A stretch of 64,000 bases of DNA from an uncultured Erysipelotrichaceae bacterium (lineage in GTDB: Bacteria > Bacillota_I > Bacilli_A > RFN20 > CAG-826). Of the stretch, positions 8,167 to 18,478 are shown piece by piece. Each line of letters opens with the position of its first letter. Positions within the stretch are counted from its first letter, which is position 1. The stretch covers positions 19,465 to 83,464 of the forward strand of contig CACXKR010000002.1 of NCBI GenBank assembly GCA_902768335.1. Direction: 5' to 3'. Under the pieces are notes generated by a model. That model had not been told where the DNA came from. It made no database searches and saw only the letters and a list, made by a program, of their open reading frames with translations. The position numbers and the translations under genes are program-made.

Positions 8167-9339
8167 ATGAAGATATTGTTCGTTTTAAATAATTTCTACA
8201 CCAAAGGTAACGGTTTAGTTGCTTCTGCTCAAAGAACAGTTAAAAAGTTAATTGAAGCTGGTGAAGAAGTTAAAGTTTTATCTGCTCCTAATAAAGATCG
8301 TAATGGTCCTCAACCTGATTTTATCTTAGAAGATCTCCACTACCCTTTAATAGATGGACTTGTTCAAAAACAAGGCTATTCTTTTTCAGCCGCGGATAAA
8401 AACGTCATCACTGAAGCAGTCAAATGGGCCGATGTTATTCATCTTGATGAACCATTTCCTGTGCAAGCCGCTACCGCTAAAATTGCTAAGAAAATGCATA
8501 AACCAATAACTGGAACTTATCATTTGCATCCAGAAAATATGCTCGCTTCTGTTGGTTTAGGAAAAGAAATTATTATAAATTGGATCTTCTTTACGATATG
8601 GAAGAAAACCGTATTTGATAAATGCGATATCGTTCAATGCCCAACTCAAAATGTTTTTGAAAGACTAAAAAGACATCATTTAAAAGCTGAACTAAGAGTT
8701 ATTTCTAATGGCTTAGTCTTAGAAGATTTGATGAGAAAAGACGACTCTAAAGATATTAAAAAGATTTCCGATGCTAAATATAACATTATCACTATCGGAA
8801 GATATTCAAATGAAAAGAATCTTAAAACATTGCTAAAAGCAATGAAATACTCCAAATACTCGCAAGATATTCAACTTATCATCGCTGGACAAGGTCCAAA
8901 AGAAAAGTCTCTACGTAAAAGAGCAGATAAGATGCTTAAAAAAGGATATATCAAATATGAACCTAAATTTGGTTTTTATAAATTAGAAGAACTTCAAAAA
9001 TTTTCTTCCACCGCTGATTTATATGTCCATTGCGCATATATCGAAGTTGAAGGCTTATCCTGTATGGAAGCAATTCAAATTGGTTTAGTGCCAATTATCG
9101 CTAGAGGTAAATATACCGCTACAAGTCAATTTGCTCTATCAGAAAAAAGCATTTATCAGCAGCGCGATCCAAAAGATTTAGCAAATAAAATCGATTATTG
9201 GTTCGACCATGACGAAGAAAGAATAAAGGAAGCTAAAAAATATATTGGAATCGGTGAAAAATATAACATTGATTATTCAATAACACAGTTAAGAAAAATG
9301 TTCTTAGATGCTTATAATAAACATCACAAGAGTAAATAA
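8167..9339 (+). CDS. Family-4 (GT-B) glycosyltransferase, possibly a glycolipid synthase
   Basis: GT4 architecture with the C-terminal E..G....EA...G.P motif (EVEGLSCMEAIQIGLVPII). Confidence 0.7.
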   Translation: MKILFVLNNFYTKGNGLVASAQRTVKKLIEAGEEVKVLSAPNKDRNGPQPDFILEDLHYPLIDGLVQKQGYSFSAADKNVITEAVKWADVIHLDEPFPVQAATAKIAKKMHKPITGTYHLHPENMLASVGLGKEIIINWIFFTIWKKTVFDKCDIVQCPTQNVFERLKRHHLKAELRVISNGLVLEDLMRKDDSKDIKKISDAKYNIITIGRYSNEKNLKTLLKAMKYSKYSQDIQLIIAGQGPKEKSLRKRADKMLKKGYIKYEPKFGFYKLEELQKFSSTADLYVHCAYIEVEGLSCMEAIQIGLVPIIARGKYTATSQFALSEKSIYQQRDPKDLANKIDYWFDHDEERIKEAKKYIGIGEKYNIDYSITQLRKMFLDAYNKHHKSK

Positions 9340-9341
9340 AA

Positions 9342-9366
9342 AACTCGGGATTACCGAGTTTTTATT
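9342..9366. terminator. Bidirectional terminator between convergent genes
   Basis: AACTCGG-gatta-CCGAGTT flanked by an A-run and a T-run. Confidence 0.6.
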
Positions 9367-9378
9367 CTAAAGAATAAG

Positions 9379-10377
9379 TTATTTCTTCGCGAATTCGTAG
9401 CGGATATAGTGACAGAATTCTTCACTACGGCACAAATAATGTTCTTTATTTTGACTTAGTTGAGGTTCGATAGCGACACCGCGACGAGTCTTTTCTTTAG
9501 AATTATCCGCTTCAAATTTGGCATCAAAATTATCAGAATAGACAATAACTGAATCAAAATCGGTATAGACGTTTAATTTATATTTCTTGCTTTCAAGAAC
9601 AACTTGAGGTGTCTCTTTATCAATGTTATCCAAAATAAAGGAGTGATCATAACCTTTTAGTTTTCCACCATTGATTAAAGGATCATCGATATCTTTTAAG
9701 ATTGGTTTAGTTTTTCTAAAATCTAAGCAAGCAGGTACTTTCTTAGCTTCACCAACCACAAGATTTTCTTTAGAAATATCTAAATATTTAGAAGCATTGA
9801 TTCTAAGTGAAAGATTATCAAGATTAGATTCACCAAGAGAGAAGAAAGTGTGAACTGTCATCGATACAGGAGTCTTTTCATTAACGTAGCTAAGAAGCTT
9901 TGCTTTGCAACTTGGAACATCGTTCATAATTGTGTAATGAACTTCAAAGAGTCCGTTGCCTGGGAAACCTGCTTCGCCTGCTAAAGAAAAATAGGTGTAG
10001 ACGACGTGGACATGATCGGTAGTGTTAAACACTCTAAGCGAGAATTTCTTGCTTGAAATAGCGCCTTTTCCGCCATGGAGAACAGTCTTACCTTCATTAG
10101 GGCAAAGTTTGTAAACTTTATTATCGACTTTTAATTCGCCGTTTGGAATACGACCAGCAACACGCCCTAAAACTTTGCCGTTATAAACATCTTCTCTTAA
10201 GAAATCTTCAATATTTTTAGCTTGGTAAGTCATTAACTCACCTTGATATTTGATGGAATAAATTGATCCGCCTAAGTTACAAAAAGTAACGGTTAAACCG
10301 ACATTATTAGTAACTTCGACAAACTCGAGTCCATCTTTTTTATAATTATTAATCATTGGTATTAAATCGCTTTTCAT
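9379..10377 (-). CDS. galM: Aldose 1-epimerase (galactose mutarotase family)
   Basis: GRVAGRIPNGEL..., KTVLHGGKGAISSKKF and the VAIEPQ motif characteristic of mutarotases. Confidence 0.8.
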   Translation of the reverse strand: MKSDLIPMINNYKKDGLEFVEVTNNVGLTVTFCNLGGSIYSIKYQGELMTYQAKNIEDFLREDVYNGKVLGRVAGRIPNGELKVDNKVYKLCPNEGKTVLHGGKGAISSKKFSLRVFNTTDHVHVVYTYFSLAGEAGFPGNGLFEVHYTIMNDVPSCKAKLLSYVNEKTPVSMTVHTFFSLGESNLDNLSLRINASKYLDISKENLVVGEAKKVPACLDFRKTKPILKDIDDPLINGGKLKGYDHSFILDNIDKETPQVVLESKKYKLNVYTDFDSVIVYSDNFDAKFEADNSKEKTRRGVAIEPQLSQNKEHYLCRSEEFCHYIRYEFAKK

Positions 10378-10409
10378 AATAAATCTCCGAAATTATTATA
10401 GCACTTCTA

Positions 10410-10440
10410 AAAGAAAAGCACACCAAACGGTGTGCCTTTA
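10410..10440 (-). terminator. Terminator of the pot operon
   Basis: Reverse strand GGCACACC-gttt-GGTGTGCT followed by TTTCTTTT, directly after the potD stop. Confidence 0.6.
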
Positions 10441-10441
10441 A

Positions 10442-12238
10442 TTAATGTGATTGCGAATACTTTTGTCTAAGTTTCTTACTAATTGCTTTTCTCGAAACGA
10501 TATAGGCTATAGCGAATAGTAATAATGCACCTTCTAAAGCAAAGAGAATTATGGCCCAAACTGGAAGAGGGTTTGTACGAACAGACTGCCACATATCGAG
10601 CACTTTTTCGTTATTTTTCCCATAATCATCCATTACGCACAATCTAGTTAATTGTTCGACGGTTGGGAATTGGGCTTTAAGCATTCTAGCTTGAACCGCA
10701 TAACTCACGTCGACATCTTCGCCATTGATTTTTTCAGAATAGGTTTCTTCAGTTTCAGGAGTCCAAGCATGAAGAATAGCGTCATCGATATCATAAGTTT
10801 CAAGGCAATCTTCGAAGAAATAACGAATATCATATTCTTCATATTCTTCGTCTGGGTAATATTCTTCCTCAGCCTGAACTTCTAATCTAACATCGTATGA
10901 ATCGTAGACATATTCAAGCACTTCATCGCTAGCGGTAGCGGATGTGTATCCGACATAATCCATATTCGCGATGGCTTGTTCTGGCTCAGACATAAATTCG
11001 ATGAAATCTAACGCAAAAACTGGATTATTTGCAACAGTTGGTATGCACCATGCATCGAACCAAATATTGCTTCCTTCTTCAGGAACCTGGAAAGCGATTT
11101 CAACATCACTTTCAGTTTGCGCTTCATAAATTGCCCATGCCGCATCACCACTCCAAGCGAGGTTTGCACCAATTTTATCACCAGCGACCATGTCAGTTTT
11201 GCCAGAGTCAACTTCAAAACCAAAAGCATTATCTTTTAGTTTGAGCATATCTTCTTTAACTCTTGCAATCGTTTTCTCGTCGCAAGAATTGAAGATTTTG
11301 GTGAGTTCGTTTCTAAATGAAACTGGATCAGGTTCTTCAATGTTAAGATATTGTTCTTCTAAGGCTGTAATTTCATCTTTGAAGGCATGAAGTATGCTTA
11401 CAGCATAAACATCGCGAACACTGTCTTTGATTGAAAATGAATTTTTAGCGAAATCATTGTAGAGAACTTCCCAGCTAGAGAAAGCAGCATCCACCGCTTC
11501 TTTACTAGCGTCATAGAAACTGTAGTTGTACATAATTCCAACAGTTCCCCACATATAAGGAACGCTATAATCTGCTAAGCACTTATTATAATCATAGGGA
11601 TCAGCATCATCTGCATAATCTTTTAGTTTTGCGTGGATATTATTAAATATCGCATCGCTTTCTTCATCTTCTTCAAGACTATTTTCGTCTTCCCAAAGGA
11701 ATTTAGAGACGTATGAGCCGATATTTTCACGGTCCTCTTCAATGATACGTTCACGAGATTTTTCTTCGATTCGATCATCTTTAACTTTAAATAGAGGTTG
11801 AATTAGATCGTGTGTCATCATCTTTTGAACCATATAATCCGAGACATTGATGACATCGTAATTTGATTTTCCGGTCATTAATTCGTTATAGCATGTTTCA
11901 GGAGTATCAAAAGTATCATAGATATAATCAAATTTAAGGCCTTGATCAGCGTACTTTTCATCCATGAATTTAACGAATTGGGCCATCATATCCGAATCAT
12001 AATAGGCTTCGTTACCGTTTTCATCGTAATAAGTTTCATCTTCTTCACTATAAGTGAGTGATTCAAATGGAACGTATTTATCGGTTGCTTCGACATACCA
12101 GCCTTCTTCATCTGCTTCGTAAATGTAGTCAGCAGAATTTAAAACACGGATGATAATTTTATCTTTTGCTTTTGAACAGCCAGATGCAGAGAATGTTGCT
12201 AAAAGAAAGACGGCAGGTAATAAAAACTTATTTTTCAT
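10442..12238 (-). CDS. potD: Spermidine/putrescine-type ABC substrate-binding lipoprotein, enlarged, with an extra C-terminal TM anchor
   Basis: Lipobox ASGC. PotD-like core (VINVSDYM..., VPYMWGTVGIMYN, GSNIWFDAWCIP) interrupted by acidic inserts. C-terminal hydrophobic helix PLPVWAIILFALEGALLLFAIAYIV. Confidence 0.7.
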   Translation of the reverse strand: MKNKFLLPAVFLLATFSASGCSKAKDKIIIRVLNSADYIYEADEEGWYVEATDKYVPFESLTYSEEDETYYDENGNEAYYDSDMMAQFVKFMDEKYADQGLKFDYIYDTFDTPETCYNELMTGKSNYDVINVSDYMVQKMMTHDLIQPLFKVKDDRIEEKSRERIIEEDRENIGSYVSKFLWEDENSLEEDEESDAIFNNIHAKLKDYADDADPYDYNKCLADYSVPYMWGTVGIMYNYSFYDASKEAVDAAFSSWEVLYNDFAKNSFSIKDSVRDVYAVSILHAFKDEITALEEQYLNIEEPDPVSFRNELTKIFNSCDEKTIARVKEDMLKLKDNAFGFEVDSGKTDMVAGDKIGANLAWSGDAAWAIYEAQTESDVEIAFQVPEEGSNIWFDAWCIPTVANNPVFALDFIEFMSEPEQAIANMDYVGYTSATASDEVLEYVYDSYDVRLEVQAEEEYYPDEEYEEYDIRYFFEDCLETYDIDDAILHAWTPETEETYSEKINGEDVDVSYAVQARMLKAQFPTVEQLTRLCVMDDYGKNNEKVLDMWQSVRTNPLPVWAIILFALEGALLLFAIAYIVSRKAISKKLRQKYSQSH

Positions 12239-13099
12239 TTAGATTGCCCTCCTTTTCTCTGCTTTTTTCGCTTGGCTATTACGGTAAACAGTAATGCCGA
12301 TAACGATTGCTAGAATTGTTAAGAAAATAATTAAGGTTAATGGTCTAAGTTCGGCTGGAACAGTGTGTTTTTTAAGAGAAGTTTGAATATAAGTTGAAAG
12401 AGTTTCAATTGCAGCATCTCCACTTAATAAACCAGCACCTCTTGTAAACTCTGTGACGATATAATCGTCGAGTGATAAAGTTATCGAGAGGAGGAAGCCG
12501 GAGAATACACCTGGCATAATTTGAGGAATAATAACTTTTCTTAAACCTTGAGATGGGGTCGCACCTAAATCTAATGCTGCCTCATATAAATTTGGATCCA
12601 TCTGCTGTAATTTTGGTTTAACAGAAAGATAGACGAATGGAATCGCTAAAACGACGTGACCAATAAGGAGCGTCCAATATGAGAATAGATGCGCGCCTCT
12701 AAAGATATAAGTCCCAATAAAGACGAACATGACAGTTAAACTTAAGGCGATAACAATCTCTGCATTTGCAATTGGGATTTGAGTTAAAATCTCAACCGCT
12801 TTCTTACTTCTTTTCTTTAAATAGAAGGTACCGATTGCACCTAAAGTACCAAGTACAACAGCAACTAAAGCACTGGTAACAGCGACGATAAGGGTGTTAC
12901 CAACCGCTACCCAGATATCATGAGCAACCTTTGTATTTGAGAATAGATTTACATAAAGTTGGAAGCCAAAATTGAAGTCTCCATTAAATGAAACAACATC
13001 GTTTGTGGAAAAGGAAAATGCTATAAGCATTAAGATTGGTAAATACATCAATAATAGAATCAAATAGATGTAAACATTGGCGAGTATTTTCTTTACCAT
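12239..13099 (-). CDS. potC: Polyamine ABC transporter permease
   Basis: Six-TM BPD permease with EAA-like loop YEAALDLGATPSQGLRKVIIP. Confidence 0.8.
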   Translation of the reverse strand: MVKKILANVYIYLILLLMYLPILMLIAFSFSTNDVVSFNGDFNFGFQLYVNLFSNTKVAHDIWVAVGNTLIVAVTSALVAVVLGTLGAIGTFYLKKRSKKAVEILTQIPIANAEIVIALSLTVMFVFIGTYIFRGAHLFSYWTLLIGHVVLAIPFVYLSVKPKLQQMDPNLYEAALDLGATPSQGLRKVIIPQIMPGVFSGFLLSITLSLDDYIVTEFTRGAGLLSGDAAIETLSTYIQTSLKKHTVPAELRPLTLIIFLTILAIVIGITVYRNSQAKKAEKRRAI

Positions 13100-13881
13100 A
13101 AGTTACCTCTACTTTCTTCCGCTTTGTCCTTAGTTAAGAACATTGAGAATATAACTAAAATCAATAAGACAAAAGCCATGAAGGAACCATTGTTCCATTG
13201 ATTGTTAGCAAAGTTAATGTAAATAAAGTTACCAATCAAAGTGATATTTCCTTCACTTAAGGCATCTGAAATGACATAGCTAGACATAACTGGAACTAGA
13301 GTCATCGTAATAGCGGAGATGACGCCAGGAAGTGATTGAGGAAAAATGGAATGGATGAAAACTTGGAAAGGATTTGCTCCTAAATCTGCAGCGGCTTCAA
13401 TCTGCGAACGATCAAGTTTTAACATCGTGGTGTATAAAGGAAGAATAACGAATGGTAAGTAGTTATAAACCATACCAATAGATGTCGCTAAATAAGGTAA
13501 ATTACCACCATTGATTCCAATGGCAAATAAGATATCTCTTGTCGCGGTTGTTCTAAGAACAAAGTTAATCCACATTGGCATGATAAATAGCATGATTAAC
13601 ACTGCGTTTTTATTGTAATTTTTATTCGCTAAGAAATAGGCGATTGGATAGCCGATAATTAAGCAAATAATCGTAGTTTGGACCGCCAAAAATAGCGAGA
13701 CTAAAATAACGTTTAAATTGCTTACATCAGAAAAGAACTTAGCGCCAGCAGCTATCGAAGGTTGTCCGTTCGCATCCGTAAAGGCATAGAAGATGATTAG
13801 AAGGATTGGAACAAGGACAAACAAAGATAAGAAGATGACGTAAGGAATCGAGAAATATTTTCTTTGAAATCTAAATTTCAT
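13093..13881 (-). CDS. potB: Polyamine ABC transporter permease
   Basis: BPD permease with EAAADLGANPFQVFIHSIFP. Overlaps potC and potA. Confidence 0.8.
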   Translation of the reverse strand: MKFRFQRKYFSIPYVIFLSLFVLVPILLIIFYAFTDANGQPSIAAGAKFFSDVSNLNVILVSLFLAVQTTIICLIIGYPIAYFLANKNYNKNAVLIMLFIMPMWINFVLRTTATRDILFAIGINGGNLPYLATSIGMVYNYLPFVILPLYTTMLKLDRSQIEAAADLGANPFQVFIHSIFPQSLPGVISAITMTLVPVMSSYVISDALSEGNITLIGNFIYINFANNQWNNGSFMAFVLLILVIFSMFLTKDKAEESRGNLW

Positions 13882-15379
13882 AGTCCTCGATATCTCCTTT
13901 TAAGCGAATTTTAATATCTTCCTTTTTAATATCGAGACGAACTTGGTCGCCTAAATTGTTTTCATAATCGGTGACGACGATGAATTCTTCATCATCTTCA
14001 CTTCTAACGATGATTCGATAATGGTCTCCAATATATAAAGATGAAACGATTTCACCAGAAATTTGACCACTTTCAGTATCATCGTAGATGTCGATTTTAT
14101 CTAATGGTATTTCTAAAGTTAATTTAGCGCCTGTTAAATCGTATTTTTTATTTCCAGCGACTAAATAGCCATCTTCATCAACTTTTGAGCCTTTGACAAG
14201 CTGTGTTAAGTCAATCTCAAGTTCACCATCTGCGAGTTCAACATTATTATTTTTAAGAACCTCACAATTAGTGAAGATGTTTTGAAGGTTCTCTTTCGCC
14301 ATAATATGAATGCCGTCTGGTTTGACATCGATTGAAACTGGGCCTTCAGCAAAGTTTTCGGTAGATTTAGCGATGAGTTCATTTTTGCCAATCATGATGA
14401 CATATTCATAATGAACACCTTTGAAAACTTTGGAGACGATTTGACCATCGACTTTACCTTTTTTAGGTTTACCTAAAATTACATCTTCTGGACGAACGAC
14501 GACATCAACTCTTTCATCGACAGCGAAATCGTCGACACATTTAAATTCAGCACCCAAGAATCTAACCACTTTTTTCTTGGTCATAACTGCGTTATAAATA
14601 TTGGATTCACCGATGAAGTCTGCAACGAAGGCATTAGCAGGTTCGTTATAGATTTCTTCTGGAGTACCAACTTGTTGAATAACACCATGATTCATGACAA
14701 CGATAACGTCCGACATCGTTAAAGCTTCTTCTTGGTCATGAGTAACATATATGAATGTTATTCCGAGTTTCTTATGCATTTCTTTCAATTCGATCTGCAT
14801 ATCTTTTCTCATTTTTAAATCAAGTGCGCCTAAAGGTTCATCAAGTAAAAGGATTTCAGGCGTATTGACGATGCAACGCGCAATCGCAACTCTTTGTTGT
14901 TGACCACCACTAAGAGTCGAAATATCACGATCTTCAAGTTCTTCTAAACCGACGATCTTAAGAGCTTTTTTAACCATTTCGGTAATTTGCTCCATCTTGT
15001 AATGTTTCATCTTGGTGACTTTTTCACCATTAGCTTTAGTAACAACAACTGGAACTTTTTTGAGTTTTAGACCAAATGCGACGTTATCAAAAACATTTAA
15101 GTGTGGGAACAATGCATAACGTTGAAAAACGGTATTGATTGGTCTTTTATAAGGCGGAAGTTTTGTAATGTCGGAATTATTTAACAAAATTGTTCCACCG
15201 GTTGGAAGTTCAAAACCTCCAATCATTCTCAGGGTTGTGGTCTTTCCACAGCCTGATGGGCCAAGAATTGTAACGAATTGACCCTTCTTAATGTCGAGGC
15301 TGATGTGGTCGACAGCAAAAAAATCACCGAATGATTTCTCGACATTATTTAAAGAAATAATTACTTCTTCGGATGCCAT
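13871..15379 (-). CDS. potA: Polyamine ABC transporter ATPase, long form (502 aa)
   Basis: Walker A GPSGCGKTT, signature LSGGQQQR, Walker B ILLLDEP, then TOBE-like region(s). GGAGGG SD. Confidence 0.85.
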   Translation of the reverse strand: MASEEVIISLNNVEKSFGDFFAVDHISLDIKKGQFVTILGPSGCGKTTTLRMIGGFELPTGGTILLNNSDITKLPPYKRPINTVFQRYALFPHLNVFDNVAFGLKLKKVPVVVTKANGEKVTKMKHYKMEQITEMVKKALKIVGLEELEDRDISTLSGGQQQRVAIARCIVNTPEILLLDEPLGALDLKMRKDMQIELKEMHKKLGITFIYVTHDQEEALTMSDVIVVMNHGVIQQVGTPEEIYNEPANAFVADFIGESNIYNAVMTKKKVVRFLGAEFKCVDDFAVDERVDVVVRPEDVILGKPKKGKVDGQIVSKVFKGVHYEYVIMIGKNELIAKSTENFAEGPVSIDVKPDGIHIMAKENLQNIFTNCEVLKNNNVELADGELEIDLTQLVKGSKVDEDGYLVAGNKKYDLTGAKLTLEIPLDKIDIYDDTESGQISGEIVSSLYIGDHYRIIVRSEDDEEFIVVTDYENNLGDQVRLDIKKEDIKIRLKGDIEDYEI

Positions 15380-15597
15380 AAGCTACCCTCCATAACTGAA
15401 TCAATAAATAAGAAGAATTTCACTTAAATAATTTTAAGTCAAAAAATAATATAAAGATTATACGAAATATATGCAATAATTTTTTGCAGTTTTTGTAACG
15501 TTAAAAAGGATTGTAATATCTAGGGGGTTTATAACCCCCATCTATATTGTGAGTAAATTTCTTGCAAAAGTAACAAGCAATTTATAATAATATTAGT

Positions 15598-16668
15598 ATG
15601 AATAAAAAGATATCAGTTTTGCCACTATCTTTACTCTCGCTTTCTTTAATCAATTTAGCGGGTTGTTCAAATAACTCAAAAATTCATCTAGTTTTTGGTG
15701 ATTTAACGACAAATGAAGTGACCACCATTTCATATAATAAACTAAAAGAAAAAGTAGATTCGGAAGAAACATTCCTTCTTGCGGTTCAATATAGCGATCA
15801 CTGCGCCTGTTGGCAAAGCGAAGCTAAGCCTGTCATTGAAAAATATATTTCTGAGAAACACGTCATTTGTTACCACATTAAGCTTGAGGAATTAGAAGCA
15901 AACAACAATACCTTTGGTATTAAAATTGTAACTGGTAATTCTTCGTTTGCGGTTTTTGAAAATGGCCAAGTAAAAAATACGATTACCACCAAAGATGATA
16001 ATACCTTGAAGAATTATTCCACTTTCGAATCATATATGAATGAGTTAGTGGTTCTTCCAAAATTCTATTATGTTAATAAAGACTTCGTTGATGAACTTTA
16101 TAAAAAAGATGAGAAAAACGTCATCTATTATTCTCGTTCCACCTGTGGAGATTGCGGCTATTTAGACAGCCACTATTTAAAGGAATGGAGCAAAAATAAT
16201 CCGGATTATGCAAGGAAAATCTATGTTTTAGACTGCGATCAACCTGGAATTAGATTAGATGAGAATAACCAAGTTAATAAAGAGCAATGGCAAAAATTCA
16301 AAGATGATTATGGAATGTCCACCGTCAATAATCCAACCTTTGGTTATGACCCTGGTTATGTTCCAACTTTCCTTTTGATTCAAGGCTCAAATGAAGGCGT
16401 TAAATATCTTTCAGGCGCGGTTGCGTTTAACGACAGCGTGGAAGCTAGCGATGGAAAATACGTCGTCACCAATTCGTATTACACGAGTGAAAGATTAGGC
16501 AATCTTAAATATATCGATATTTCTGTTGATCAAAAAGTTCTCAAAGGAATGGAACTTGGTAGCGCGGATGTTAACGACAACGGTACATACGTTATGTGGA
16601 AGCATGAAAGCGCTGAAAAATATCACAACGTCTTTGTTGAAAGATTCTTAAAATATTCACTAAATTAA
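15598..16668 (+). CDS. Lipoprotein with two thioredoxin-fold-like halves (CxC and CxxC)
   Basis: Lipobox LAGC. FLLAVQYSDHCACW (15802..15810) and VIYYSRSTCGDCGY (16144..16155) look like beta1-CxxC-alpha1 thioredoxin-fold starts. Confidence 0.4.
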   Translation: MNKKISVLPLSLLSLSLINLAGCSNNSKIHLVFGDLTTNEVTTISYNKLKEKVDSEETFLLAVQYSDHCACWQSEAKPVIEKYISEKHVICYHIKLEELEANNNTFGIKIVTGNSSFAVFENGQVKNTITTKDDNTLKNYSTFESYMNELVVLPKFYYVNKDFVDELYKKDEKNVIYYSRSTCGDCGYLDSHYLKEWSKNNPDYARKIYVLDCDQPGIRLDENNQVNKEQWQKFKDDYGMSTVNNPTFGYDPGYVPTFLLIQGSNEGVKYLSGAVAFNDSVEASDGKYVVTNSYYTSERLGNLKYIDISVDQKVLKGMELGSADVNDNGTYVMWKHESAEKYHNVFVERFLKYSLN

Positions 16669-16674
16669 TAAAAA

Positions 16675-16692
16675 AAGATGCATAAGCATCTT
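16675..16692. terminator. Bidirectional terminator between convergent genes
   Basis: AAGATGC-ataa-GCATCTT flanked by an A-run and a T-rich tract. Confidence 0.5.
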
Positions 16693-16709
16693 CTTTAGTT
16701 AAGGATTAG

Positions 16710-17210
16710 CTATTGAGCTAATTCTTTTTTCTTGTTTTCTAAATCTTCTTTGGTTATTAAACCCTGTTCATAGAGTTTTTCGTATTCATGGATGATACCT
16801 TCATATTTTCCATATGTAGGTCCAGCAGGTTTAACGTCCACGATATCTGGAGTGCCAGAAGGTTTGCTGTTCCAGCTTCTAGCTTGAAAATCTCTAGTAG
16901 CGTCCATTTTTTCGATCATGATTTTCGCCATGACGGCTCTACGACGGAAGACAACCTTAGATAAAATAATTAAAACGATACCAGCAGTAACAAAGGTGCT
17001 CATCAAATCAGCAAGAAGATTTTGTAAGGTATATTCTAGAGTCAATAAGTCAGGAATAAGCAAAACATCAATTTTTGAAACATAAAGCGCAATAAAAGTT
17101 GCAAAAAGAGCTGTAGCTACACCAAAGCATACCATCGAGATGATAAAAAGAATCTTTTCGACTTTTAGAGCCTTAGCTCTTATTTGTTCTAATTGTTGTT
17201 TCGTATACAT
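16710..17210 (-). CDS. Membrane protein with C-terminal SHOCT-like motif
   Basis: Two or three TM helices, then YEKLYEQGLITKEDLENKKKEL resembling the SHOCT short C-terminal domain. Confidence 0.45.
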   Translation of the reverse strand: MYTKQQLEQIRAKALKVEKILFIISMVCFGVATALFATFIALYVSKIDVLLIPDLLTLEYTLQNLLADLMSTFVTAGIVLIILSKVVFRRRAVMAKIMIEKMDATRDFQARSWNSKPSGTPDIVDVKPAGPTYGKYEGIIHEYEKLYEQGLITKEDLENKKKELAQ

Positions 17211-17212
17211 AT

Positions 17213-18472
17213 TTAACCTCTTAACCTATTGGTTATTTCTTGCGCTTTCTTATAAATCTCGTTGACGTCTTCATCGATATAGAATTTGTGATCAAAATAA
17301 AGAATTTTACCGTTTATCATTGTCATTTTAACGATATCTTTTGATCCGGCATAAACGATATTTTTAGCAATATTGTTTAGTGGCTGCATGCTCGGTGATT
17401 TTAAATCGATCATGATAATATCGGCGTATTTTCCTTCCTTAAGGACATCACATTCATTTAAACCAAGAACTTTCGCGGAACCAACGGTCGCCATTTTTAG
17501 GACGTCAAAACCATCCATTATAGAGGCGTCCTTGTGTGATAATTTCTGTAAAACAGAAACTAGATACATTTCCTTGAACATGTCGAGCGAATTATTTGAA
17601 CCAGCACCATCGGTACCCACTGCAATTGTTAATCCGTTTTCGACGTATTTTGAAACAGGACAAATTCCGCTTGCAAGCTTAGCGTTCGAAGCTGGACAGG
17701 TGACAATTTTAATTCCTTTTTCTTTACAAATCTTGATTTCTTCGTCAGTGAAATAATTAGCGTGATAAGCAACTCCACCATAATTAAATAAACCTAGAGA
17801 ATCTAAAAATTTAACAGGAGTCATTCCGTATCTATCGATACAGCCTTGCACTTCGTGTTCGGTTTCACCAAGGTGAAGAGCAACAGGTGCTTTTAATTCA
17901 TTTGCAAGTTTAGCGATATCAATAATTCTTTCCTTAGGTGTTGTGTATTCAGCGTGAATGCCGACCATATAAGAGATTAATGAACCTTTTTTATTTAAAG
18001 TGAGGTAATTATTTCGAATTGATTCGATAGGCTCACTAAGTTTGGTAGCGACGATAACATTTTTAATTCCAAGTTCTTCACTGGCTTTTACTATCTCCGG
18101 AACTTCAAAATACATATCACTTGCGGCAGTTATTCCACCAGAGATATATTCAAGGATTCCACATTTAGTAAGATGATATATATCATCTTTTTTAAACTTT
18201 TCTTCCATAGGGAAGATGCAATCAAAAAGCCAATTGTGAAGCGGCAAATCATCGGATGCGCTACGAGCGAAAACCATCGCTGTGTGAGCGTGGGCATTTT
18301 TAAATCCTGGCATGAGAAGATTGCCTTCGCAGTCGATGGTTTTATCAGGCTTTTCACCTTGATAATGTTCGCCGATAAAAGCGATGCGCTCATCTTTGAC
18401 TAAAAGTTCTCCAAAGATGATTTTATCATCTTGCATGCTTAAAATTCTTGCGTTTTTAAAAAGAGTTAACAT
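17213..18472 (-). CDS. Amidohydrolase, MTA/SAH-deaminase or chlorohydrolase-like subgroup
   Basis: PGFKNAHAHTAM metal-binding start, HLGETEHE, VGTDGAGSNN motifs of the ATZ/TRZ-MtaD family. Confidence 0.7.
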   Translation of the reverse strand: MLTLFKNARILSMQDDKIIFGELLVKDERIAFIGEHYQGEKPDKTIDCEGNLLMPGFKNAHAHTAMVFARSASDDLPLHNWLFDCIFPMEEKFKKDDIYHLTKCGILEYISGGITAASDMYFEVPEIVKASEELGIKNVIVATKLSEPIESIRNNYLTLNKKGSLISYMVGIHAEYTTPKERIIDIAKLANELKAPVALHLGETEHEVQGCIDRYGMTPVKFLDSLGLFNYGGVAYHANYFTDEEIKICKEKGIKIVTCPASNAKLASGICPVSKYVENGLTIAVGTDGAGSNNSLDMFKEMYLVSVLQKLSHKDASIMDGFDVLKMATVGSAKVLGLNECDVLKEGKYADIIMIDLKSPSMQPLNNIAKNIVYAGSKDIVKMTMINGKILYFDHKFYIDEDVNEIYKKAQEITNRLRG

Positions 18473-18478
18473 CTTAAA

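Noticed and set aside
15523-15539. GC-rich hairpin GGGGGTT-tat-AACCCCC in the AT-rich potA/lipoprotein divergent intergenic region.
   Set aside because: There is no adjacent U-tract on either strand, so it is not a convincing terminator. There is a single copy in the window, so it is not a repeat family. It may be a protein-binding site, but nothing here supports a specific call.
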